From: Catajapyx aquilonaris
Lineage: Eukaryota
NCBI GenBank assembly: GCA_000934665.2
Contig: KZ538002.1
Location: 62,001 to 126,000, forward strand
Direction of reading: 5' to 3'
DNA length: 64,000 nucleotides
The position numbers were made by a program, and so were the translations under genes. The notes beneath the pieces are model-generated. The model made no database searches, was not told the DNA's origin, and saw only the letters and a list, made by a program, of their open reading frames with translations. Below, piece by piece: positions 1 through 11,900 of this stretch (positions within the stretch are counted from its first letter, which is position 1; each line of letters opens with the position of its first letter).

Positions 1-151
1 CAGCTACTCCCTGACCTACCACCACCTCTCCTCAATGCATGATCTTCCAACTTATGGCATCACACATCAGTGTTGAAGTACTGGATTTTTTGAAAGCAGA
101 AAAAAATAAAATGAAACATTGATTCTTTATAAAAATGGTAAACAATTCGTC

Positions 152-157
152 TTTATT
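152..157 (-). terminator. probable ds polyadenylation signal AATAAA
   Basis: AATAAA on the minus strand ~580 nt after the stop, with a U-rich tract ~35-55 nt downstream (100-118). Confidence 0.5.
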
Positions 158-547
158 ACAAACTTACAAAAGTAGAAAAAGACTTTACAACATGCTAGAG
201 GCAGTTAAAGTTAGGAAAACAATGATTGTCATGTAATGCTTTGAAGATTTCACTGCATATGACTTGAATTGCAGGGAACACATTAAGAATTGGCTAACAT
301 ATATTACATTTTCTGACCCAGTGGGGCATTGTTATCTGCCATGGTAAAAAAAGGCACGAGATTTGAGCAAAGGCGATGATGTTTCTGAGAACAACAGGCT
401 CTATACACAAAAATGCAATGTCTGTACAAAAGGCTATTTTGATTCCACACTGTACACCAATCACTTTCACACACACACTTATCACAAATAAAAACAAAGG
501 GTACCCATATGGCATCTTGAAATACATATTGTACAATATTCACATTG

Positions 548-738
548 TCATATCCTGAGTTCAGCTTTGAAACCATATGACACTGCCAAGCTAATTAGTC
601 TAGTGGCATTGGTTTAGGCTCTAGGATGGTGTAGGGCACCACCAGTGGCATGGAGGAGCGCCGTTGAGGTGGGGGCTGCCCCTGGGCCGACCAGCGGTGA
701 GATTGAGGGTGACCATGTTGCCAGGGATGACAATGATG
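548..738 (-). repeat. diverged tandem duplicate of the last ~64 ds codons (739-932) in the 3' UTR
   Basis: Both copies end GAACTCAGGATATGA. The copy translates [61 protein letters not shown] versus [63 protein letters not shown]. Confidence 0.95.
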
Positions 739-2998
739 TCATATCCTGAGTTCAGTTTCAGAACCAGATGATGTCACAACAGAGCCAATTAGTCCAGAAG
801 CTCTGGTTTTGGCTCGAGGATGATGTGGGGTACCACCAGTGGCATGAAGGAGTGCTGCCGAGGTAGGGGCGGCTCCTGGGCCAACCAGAGGGGAGATTGA
901 AGGTGATCGTGTTGCCAAGGGTGATAATGATGGTGAAAAGCTTGGGGATAGAGCTGGTGCAAAGCTGCATGACTCGTGCGATATTGGTGATCGCGGCAGC
1001 AAAGATGGAGGCACTGGATGACTAGAGCCTAGTGGAAGATGTGTTGGCGCCACATTTGTCAGCAGAGGTGGTGGCACTTTGCTACGCTTCTGATACACCT
1101 CAGTATCATCTTTCAAACGTGCAATCTCTGAAAACACATGAGCCAGTGGTTGAAACTGTGGACCCCAATCAAGCAAGTAGTCCCAACTGTAGCTGCCAGT
1201 AAGCTCTTCTTCACTATGGACAATGGAACTCAAAGAACCAGTCATTGAGGGTTGAGAGCTGCCTTTTGTATACATTAAGGCTGACATGTCCATGTCTGCC
1301 TCTCCACCACCTTCGTCATCAAACATGTGCATGCTCTCAACACTGCGTACAACCTCACGCTGTTTTGTCTCAATGCCTAGCCGTGCTAAGTACTCCTGGG
1401 TGTTGTGAACAGATACGTCGGACATGTCATCCTCATCTGGCATCCCAGAATCAGGCAAGCGCTGCTTCTGCTGTAAGAGATTGCCTTCGTTGATCATTCT
1501 AATCTCCTCATCTTCTACATCATCACCATCTTCTGCTGAACCACGTCCACTGGAAGCTGACTGGCTCTGCTCTGACATCTCGGATGTTGTGTTGCCATGA
1601 TGATGGTGATGGTGGTGGCGTGCATCTGCACCCGACTCATACTGGATGTCTCCATAGGTTGGTGGAGGGTAGGGTGCAGGCGCACCACGGAGGTCAATTG
1701 TATCAAATGAGGCATCAAATGACTCGGCCATTGCTGGCTTTGCACCATGGCGTTTGTTACGTATGTGTATTACCACAAATGCAATGCCAAATCCAATCAC
1801 AAACAACAAGAGAGTGATCAGCAAGCCCACAGCCCAATCAGCCATTCCAGAACCAGCACTGGCACCAACTGGTGCTGCAGCTTCTGCACCAGGTGACTCT
1901 GATGGTGCTGCATCCAGTGATATTTCAGCAACAGCCATATTGGACATAGAACCTGGCTTGCCTGAGCTTGCTATGATCACCAGGCTGACATCAGACAGCT
2001 CACGACGGTGGCGGTGTGATGATCCTGGCAGCCTTCGCTTGACCACAATGTCACCACTAGTCTTATTCAGCTTGAAGTATGGGTGCTGGCTTCGTAGTTG
2101 GTATAGAACACGACCATCTGGTCCCTTGTCTCGGTCACTTGCTTGGACTCGCCCAACAACATGCCCAACCTCAGCTCCACCCAGGACAACAAATCGATAT
2201 GTATTTTCAGAGAACTCGGGTGCAAATTCATCTCGACTTTCAACGTCAACTTGAACTTGCACTGTTGCATACTTGCCACCAGCATCACTTGCCATAATGG
2301 TGAATTGGTACCTGTTCTTTGATTCATAATCAAACACTGCACTGGTGCTGACAATTCCAGAGAGTGGATGAATTCTAAATTTGTCTCGTGATCCATCAGT
2401 AATGGAATAATTTAGTTTGCCATATATTCCACGATCAAGGTCATTTGCATGTGCCACAAACACACTGGTACCTACTGGCTCATTCTCAGGTACAAACTCT
2501 ACATATGTTGGCACGGGAAATCGTGGGCTGTTATCATTCTCATCTTCAACTAAGATATGCACTGTAGCCAAGGCAGACAGGGGATGCAAGGCATGTCCGT
2601 CGGTAGCACGTACTATGAACCGGTGCTCTGGAACTGAGTCAAAATCTAGTGGATGTCGTAATGTGACAGCTCCTGTTCTAGGGTCCAACTGAAAGACACC
2701 ACGGTCATTTCCTGATGTGATGTCATATCGAATTGATGCATGTGGTCCATCTTCATCACCATCTGCTGCGGACAGACGAAGGACAGTGTGGCCAACTGGT
2801 GCTGACTCACTGATTCGTATGGAGTAATCTGACTGGTTGAATAGTGGGGCATGATCATTGATGTCATCCAGTCGGACATGCACCTCTGCTGTTGCATTAC
2901 GAGATGGAGAGCCACGGTCAGTAGCAAGGATTCGGAGAACATATGAAGGTGTCTGCTCACGGTCTACTGATTTGACAAGGATCACCTCACCAGTGTTG
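739..2998 (-). CDS. ds: ds terminal coding exon: last cadherin repeats, TM helix, cytoplasmic domain
   Basis: Acceptor ttttcag|C, 748-aa ORF, stop TGA at 741-739. Confidence 0.95.
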
Positions 2999-5900
2999 CT
3001 GAAAATACAGAGACCGTGATTAGAATAGGTTTATTTAGTTTCTAATCAGTGTTCAAAACTGAGACGTATAAGCAGGTCGCCAAGTGGCATCTGGAAACCG
3101 AGGTGTGGTCGCCAAAACTGAATGTCTAGTTGCCATTCTTGTTTTAAACATTATTGCACAATTTAAATATTAATTGTTAATTGGGCACCACAAACACCTC
3201 AGTCACCATGAGCTCCAGCAGGAAACAAATTGAAAATATGTGACCAGAATCTTAGCAATAATTTTATTATTGGCAGAAATGCAAAGGGAGGAAAAAGCTA
3301 GTCGCCAAAAGTGGCGACTAGATATCCCACTTTGATTGCCAATTGATATTTTAAGTCGCCAAATGCGACTGGCGACAGCTAATTTCGAACCCTGTTTCTA
3401 ATAGGACAACTATCACATTAAACTTATTCCTGACTTATTCAGAACTACAATGGTGAAATTATTGAACATGGGACAAATCTGGAAATTTATTATAAAAATG
3501 ATATACTATTGTAGTAGATAATGCAGTATGTTAGTGGATGTAAAATAGGTAGAGTCCATGAATACTGTTTATATTTTTGGGTCCAGTAGATGACTTGATT
3601 CCAGCTTGTATTAAGCAAATTTCAAAATGAAATGGGCCAAACTATAGTACCTGGTAATTTGAAATGCTTCATCAGTGTTGCCTGCTATTATGGAGTAGTC
3701 AATGTTTCTGTTGTCCCTCGACTCATCTCCATCTGATGCTGTGACCTTCACAACAGTGGTACCCCTAGGTGCATCCTCTCTCAGATGTGAGCTGTGGAAT
3801 CAAATAATGATTGAGCAGTGATGCTACCGTCATGCATACTTGTCATTGGTACGTACGTGTAAACTTCTCTTGTAAATTTTGGCGAGTTGTTGTTGACATC
3901 CACTATCTGAACCCTCACTGCTGCAACTGCAGTCAGTGAGGGTTTTCCGCCATCACGAGCAATTACAACCAGTTGGACTACATTCTGCTTTGGATCATAG
4001 ATGATGCTACCATTGGTGTAGATGGCACCAGTGTTCTCGTTGATGTAGAATCCACTGACTGACGTCAATAAACTGTATTTCACTTTGGCATTTTTCCCTG
4101 AATCAGCATCAGTTGTGTTGACTTGTATCACTACTTGCCCTGCATGGGTTAGTTCTGAAATGGGAAAATTGTTATTATTATGTTGAATAATATTCCCACC
4201 TAATTAAGTTCAATATGCTCACATTTCTAATTAACATGTCCCATCTAATTTATAAACACTTCATGCAAGAAATTCCAGATCATACCTTCAAGTGTGGTTT
4301 GGTAGGACTGTTCACTGAACACAGGTGCATTATCATTCTTATCCACCACTCGAACTGTCAGGCTAGTGACAGCATTATGGACAGTGTCAGAGGCTTCAAT
4401 TTTGATCACATACAAAGACTTCTTCTCATAGTCAAGAGGTTTGGCCAGCGTTATTTTCCCACTGAAACGGTCAATGTTGAACACTCTATCAGGATTTCCA
4501 CCCTCTGCAAAGTCATATGTGATGGCAGGATTGGTGTCCACATCATTTGCATTGATTGTCGTCACAAGGGTTCCCACATCTGATCCTGCGATGGGAAAAA
4601 CTTAGCATTAGCACGGTCTTATGATTCAGCTCTGGTTTTAGAACATGCTGAGTGACATTGAAAGAATGGTGATAAATGAGACCCTAATTTTTATAACACT
4701 TGATTCCTTCTTTGGAATGCTGAGTGCAATAATAAAATGTGACCTCAAAATTAACACCTTAAAATTCCTGCCATTGAAAATATACGATAACATATTATCA
4801 TGTTTCTCCACTTTAGATAAATGTTAAGGAACATTTGTGCAGTAACTATTGTCTTGCACTGATTTATTGAACACATTAAATTTGGGCCTTGTTCTTGATG
4901 CATGCCCTTGAAATGTTTAATATCCATATTATTTTACCTTCATTAACATTGACGATGCTTAGCGGTGGGAAGGTGGGTTGGTTGTCATTGACATCAACAA
5001 CATTGATGCGCAGGGTGCAGGTGCCAGTTAGCTGGGGAATGCCTTCATCTGTGGCTATTATTGTCAGACGATATGTGTCACGTATCTCACGATCTAAGAC
5101 AATGTTGGTTTTGACTATGCCCGAAAATGGTGGCTCTATGATGAAGGCATTGTCATGGTTGCCATCCACAATGTGATACACCAGATTGGCATTGGCACCT
5201 TGATCCGAGTCGGTTGCACTGACCTAGAATTGTTGGAATTGTAAGACAGTGTTTTAGCTAGGTTTGGTGTGTGATTTCAGCTCAAACTGTCAATAATTCA
5301 TTGTTAGCAGTGTCCGCCACATAGTGACTCATCCTGTGAAAAATAGTAATGAGGACTATACCTGTGTGACAAAGGTCCCTTTGTTGTTTCCTTCCCATAC
5401 AGAGGAAACATATCCATCCTGATTAAATCTTGGAGTGTTATCATTTTGGTCTATGAGGTGAATCCAAACAGTAGAATATCCATAGAGGGGTACTGTTGCA
5501 TCAGCTTGGGCAACAATGATGAGCCGCAGTCGTGGATTCATCTCATAGTCTAATTTTCTAGGGTCTCGCACCCGGATCAGGCCATTGTTGGTGTTGATGT
5601 CAAAGATTCCATCCTCATTTCCACTTCCGAAACTGTATGTAATTCGCTGTCGACGTCCATCAGATCGTACTGCTGACACCTATGTTTTAAAATGGAATAT
5701 ACAATGTTTTATTGGGTTCAATGTTCAAAATAGTACACTATGACTTTCTGGCTTATGCAGGGCCTCACCTGAACTACATCCCGTCCAGTAGCTGCATTTT
5801 CAGGCAGATTCACCAAATAGGTTGCATTTTGGAACCTAAGGGATGTTCCATCCATTTTGTCTCCTACTTTGATCTCTATGAGTCCTGTGGAGCTCTGAGG

Positions 5901-8900
5901 TGGATTTCCTTTGTCTTGTGCCAATACTTCCAAGTGGAACAGCTTTCCAGACTCCATTGTTAAACTACTGGCTGCCGTCACTATTCCACTATTTGGATCA
6001 ATCCGGAACTTGTTGTTCATGGGCTCATTAACAAAACTGTAATAATAACAATAGCAAAATGTTATGCACAACACTTACACTTGTTAGTGGCAGTTGCATT
6101 AATTACCAATTTTTAGAAAGCACGAATATATTATTGAGGAAAAATCCAGTATCATACAAGGTCAGGCCTGTATCTAATTTTAGGTGTGGTAGCCCCTAAC
6201 GTAAGTAAGACAACCGTAGTGTGCCTTTACAACAACGAATTTTTCCAATTTCTTGTTACGTTTTTAAAATTCGCCCTAACTCAAATTCTGCTGCAGGTAG
6301 AGCTTCGAAATTTTGAACACAGATCCGACTGTCATGAAGTACATTCCTACCATATTTAAGTTTTACACATATACAAGTTCCTCTTTAAAACGTCGCAAAA
6401 AATTAATCATTAAAATACGACTGCGTTTTTTGGCGCAATGAGTACCGTACAGTATCGCAATTCCGCCACGGAGGTCGTACCCTTTTTTACCTGAAAGGAA
6501 TGTTTTTGTTCTTATTCATAAAGCCCGCCAGAGAGTGTGATGTCAGACATGATTACGACACGAGTGCCTTGCCGTGATTGGGCGGGTTTGGGCGGGAATC
6601 TGAGGTGGGCGGAGCGAGTGGAACGCTTCTTCCATTGACCCCAGCCACGACCCCAGCTGAACCCTTGAGACGGGTCTGTGGTGCTGGGACTTGCCCTGTG
6701 ACGGTGACCGGTGACCCTGCCAATTCTATATAATAATTAAAAAAATATGCGGGTGGTCACACACATGGAGCTCTTGGTGACCACTGTTGAAGGTACGTCG
6801 TCCGACTTCAGCTCTTCAACAGACTCGCTCAGCCCATCAGAAGAGTCGCTCAGCCGAGGGCCGGACAGCATGGCGGACCAATGTTCCATGGAGCTCGCCC
6901 CCAGGTCTGACCCCCCTGCCCAAGCCCCTACCTGTGATGGGGGACAGGTCCACCGGGGGTGTGCAGGTGAAGCACAAGATCAGCCCAGGATGGTGGTGGG
7001 GCAGAACCAGGGAGCCAGGTGAAAACAAACAGCTTCATTGTCCCACATCTGACAATACTGTACATTGTGTAGTGTGAATGTAAGCCTGCAGTAATATGTG
7101 TTTGTCTTGAGCAGGTGTAGAAGGAACCGCCTTGGGGGTACTCATCCAAAGAAGAATCAGCAGCCAGGGGAACGTCAGCCATGGAACCACATGAACCTGC
7201 AGGTGCCCCATGGCGAGGTTTACAACCCATCCATGATGGTGCAGGGAGATGGGGATGGTTTCCATGCACTTCCTGCTGGTGGCATAGCAGACCCATCCTC
7301 TGACCCACTCCAGTCTGTGTGTGAAGGCCTCGCAGCAATGTGTGAAGAGTGGAGAGCCATGGACCAGGAGGCAAACCAGAAGGTGCAGGAGGCGGCTAAC
7401 ACCCTCAAGGTCTGATTGACCACCTTGCAGGGTTCAGAATGCAGCTGATTGCTGAGGAAGATCAGCAAAAGGAGGAGCTCGAACTCCTCATGAATCAACT
7501 GCGTGAAGGTGATGCCCAGTGAATGACCATCTCTTCCATGGTTTTGTGTATCCAGAGTCCAGTTGAATCATTTGTTTAGCTGGATGTTTTCTTTTGTTCC
7601 TAAACTAAAAGTTGCGTTGACTCGCTAGGCGTTGCATGCTTGCCTATAGTGATGTCCATCTGTTGGTAATGTTATTTGATGCATCATTTGATGTATTTCA
7701 TAATTTTTGAGACAATAAAAATGTACATGTCGAATGAAGAAAACAGTGGCTGTATCTCTGGGATCCTGATATAATGACATGCACCACAGAGAGAGCAAGT
7801 TGAGGAAACTGACATTCCCATTTTAATGGTAGGCTTATCCATGGGGTCGGACTCTGTCAGCTATGAACCCACCGTTCAGGTGGGTGCGAGCATGCAGAGC
7901 ACTTTAGCCCTAGCTAATTTTGCATGCTAGATTGACTTGTTCATTAGGTATAACACCGCCATCCCATCCAGTGCTGCAGTTGAGTGCCTATTCCCTATTG
8001 GCAAAGATATATTGAGGGCCAACAGAGCCATCCTCTCAGATGACAACTTTTGAGAGGCTGATGTTTTTGAAGGCCAACCGCTGTCACTTCAAACGATGGA
8101 GTCGGAGATGGTCCAGCCAAAGTGAATTACATTCTCTGATTGTAAAATGTAATATAAGGGTCATTCAGATGAAAACGAGCCACAGTCATATAGCAAATTT
8201 ATGGATGGGTTTGTTGTGACATCTTATACACAAAACGAAGGCCGTACCAGTGTAGTATTATGACACACTGACAGTTCGCCATTCGTTCACTTGACCAGGA
8301 CTCCCCTTCAAAAAACCGTCCACTCAGATATAGAAGAAACGAAAGTCGATCAGCCAGAGGCAATCCATTTTTGAACCATGGATGGTGTCAGTAGTACAGA
8401 AATCCATCTCCATATGAATACCGTGTACAAAAACTGGATGTCTTCCTCACGTGTTAGAGCCTGGAGTGATCAGTTTGCTTGCCCTGGCCTGGAATCACCA
8501 GTCAACAACGACTGCCCCTCTCGGGACTGCTTACTTCAGGCTCTAACACGTGGCAAAGACATCCAGTTTTCGTACATGGTACTCATACAGAGATGGATTT
8601 CCGTACTCGCCACACTTTCCGTGGGGAGGGGGGGGGGGAGAGGGAGAGAGAGAGAATGCCGCAACAAACCCATCCAGAAATTTGTTTTATGACCGTAGCT
8701 CGTTTTCATCTGAATGACCCTTATACTTTTGTTACAATTAAACTTTTTTGCTTTTTGGATTTGTTTATTACTTTTTGTACGGAACAGTAAATAACTAAAT
8801 AAGGCGAATGTGTAGCAGTGCTCTCTAGACTCTAGCACTCTCTGTTTTTATTTTTTAAAGGATTGAAAGCCAAAAAAGGCTAAATTAATAGTCACCACTT

Positions 8901-11900
8901 TTAGTTGGCAGATTAGCAGTTAGTGAAGCTAAACTTTTGGTTAGCTGCCCACCACTGCATGTCTTCATTAAATGTTTAAAATATTCAGCACAAAAAAACC
9001 AGGAATATCAGTACTGTCTGTGGGAAATCTTTGGACATTTTGGAACCTATCTCATTTACTTACATTATAATTTTGTCTGGTTTTACACAGATTCTCTTTA
9101 CATCAATTCATTCTACACCGTTACGTTGCCGGAACCGGAACCAATTACTGGTGTAAAACTGGTACTTCCTGCATTGAAGTTCCTAATTTCAGAAAATACA
9201 CAATTTATATAGAGTAGCTCATGAAACTTTTCAGATAGGATACTTTATAATCATTAATTATTTGGGAATTGCTTGTGCTTGAGTAATCAATTGGTGAAGG
9301 TCTTATGTGTGCCTGCCCTAGCCACAGGGGGTACCACAAATAAATAAATAAATAAATAAATGTGTGCCTGCCCTTGTTTCAGTACTTTCATTCCACCACG
9401 GAGGTCTTACTTTTTTTTCTTTTTTTTTTTAACTAAAAGGAATGTTTTTGTTCTTAAAATATTTTGAATGCTTCGAGCAAACTGGAAGGACAGCAAGCAC
9501 AAAAATGTTAACACAAGTCAGTGGAGGCTTCATGCATCATTTACCTGTACACAATGTCAGCATTTGGACCCTCGTCAATGTCTTCGGCTACTACTTGTAC
9601 GATATGCTGGCCTGGTCTTGTGTAGGATGGGACCTCAGCACTGAAGGGATACTTCTTGAATGAGGGCTTGTTGTCATTGACATCGCCCACAACAATGTGG
9701 ACCTCAGCTTTCTCAGATCTGGCATCATATCTGCCACCATCTGTTGCTACCACTTCAAAGTTGTACTCGCGCTTCTTTTCACGGTCAATGAGACTGGAAA
9801 ATTTATGTGATTTTGAAAATGCCATACATGTTTGCCAAGTTGAATTACTAATATTATTTTCACAATTTGTAGAAAGAACAGTAGCACTTATATGCACTTA
9901 CCCAGTGGTACTGATCACCCCGGACGTGTTGTCAATCCTGAAGAACCATTGTGTCTCATTACTGAGTGAATAGGTCAGCTGCCCATTAATCCCTAGGTCA
10001 CGATCGGTGGCATGAACCGTGAGTACCACAGTGTTAGCTGGCACATCCTCTAGAATGGTGGCTATGTATCGAGGCTGATCAAATCGGGGATCATTGTCAT
10101 TCTGATCTTCCACAGTGATGGTCAAGTTGCATGCACCATGCAAGGATGGCACCCCTTGGTCCTGAGCCATAATCACCAACTGATACTGGGCTCGGGACTC
10201 TCTGTCCAATGGGCGACTGGAGAGCTTTCCCGTGTGGAGGTCAATGCTGAACTTGTTGTCCACGTTGCCCCCTGCAGACAGTAATATAATTGTCAGGTAC
10301 ATTACAGTCATGTCAAGCAACTTTTTGGTTATTGCAAGCTATACGCTTCTAAGGAATATTAGTCATACCAGTGATGCTGTAGGTGACCTCTCCATTTCTG
10401 CCATCATCTTTGTCAGTAGCAACTATGGTGTGTATCACAGACAAGTCACTGTTCTCAGGAACATAGAGGGGATAGCATGAATCTCTAAAGCGAGGAACAT
10501 GGTCATTCACATCCAATATCTCAACCCAGACAATTGCAGTGTCATATTGCGGAGTGTAGGAACCATCCCTGACATAGACTGTGACCATGTAAGAAGAAGC
10601 AGTCTCACGATCCATGCTACCAGCAGTAGTGATGACACCAGTGTCTGGATCAATTATGAATTTGTTGTCGGCAATCCCTTCTGGAATCAGGTATGTTAGG
10701 TTTCCACTGGCACCTAGAAGGATGAGAACAATGCTGGATTGGTAAGGGGCAATGGTACCGATAATAATAATAATAATCGATTATGTTCGCCATTTACCTG
10801 ATGAATTTAACCAGGCGATAAAATTAATGGTGTTATTAAAATGGTGTTTTACTCACCAAGATCGTTGTCGACAGCGTTTACTCTGAGAAGAGACGTCCCA
10901 GGTGGTGCATCTTCCCCAATGCTAGCCTCATAATGCTCCTTGTCAAAACGGGGCGGGTTGTCATTGACGTCTTCGACGTAGATCTGCACCAGCTGACTGG
11001 TGGCCTGCGAAGGCTTTCCGTGATCGCTGGCAGTGACGTTAAGCGAATACCTCGCCGTCCTCTCACGATCCAGCGGTTTGGAAATGCTCAACAAGCCACT
11101 CTCGTAATCCAGGTGAAACCTCCCCTCATCGTTCCCAGATGATATCAGGTAAGTGACTCGTCCATTGTCACGCGAGTCGTCGTCCACCGCAATAACCTGC
11201 AGGACCGGATACCCAACCGGCTCGTCCTCCATGACGTCAACCCTCCGACGCGACACGAACCGTGGTGCGTGGTCGTTGTCATCCTCAACGACTACCCTGG
11301 CAGTCACCGAAGCGCTTGATCTCTCCGTGACATTATCCGCCTGGTCCATCGCAGTCACCACCAGTGTGTAGTCGGGCACTGCCTCGTAGTCCAAGGCACC
11401 GGCCACCGACAATGCACCTGTGGCCGCGTCGATCCTAAATGCCGGCCTGGGTGACTGCAGGCCCAGAGAGTACCGCACCAATCCATTGGCTCCCGAGTCC
11501 AGATCCGTGGCGTTGAAGGTCCATACCACGGCTCCAGCAGGTGTGCCTTCTGACACGGAGAAGATGACAGGGTCGTCCTGAAATACGGGTGCGCAGTCGT
11601 TGACGTCCACGACTTCCACCTGCACACTGATGATGTTGGACTGTGGATTAGTCGCACTGTTGTCCACTGCTTTTATTTGTAGCATGTACTCCGAAGCCAG
11701 CTCGTGGTCTATTTCTCTGGCGGTAAAGACGGCTCCGCTGGTACGGTTGATGTCGAAGGAGCCGTAACTGTTGCCGCTCAAGAGGGTGTACGTCACGCGA
11801 CCGTTCTCGCCGCTGTCTTCGTCCACAGCCGTCACTGTGCCAACCTCCTGGCCCACTTTGGCACCCTCAGTTACCTGGTAAACGACAGGTAGGTATATTA

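Noticed and set aside
304..576. 90-aa minus-strand ORF in the 3' UTR
   Set aside because: Starts in an off-frame of the duplicated tail and runs into AT-rich UTR sequence with no protein-like features
1245..2692. Plus-strand ORFs over the terminal exon (e.g. 1754-2254) and over other exons
   Set aside because: Antisense shadows of the ds reading frame with no independent protein features
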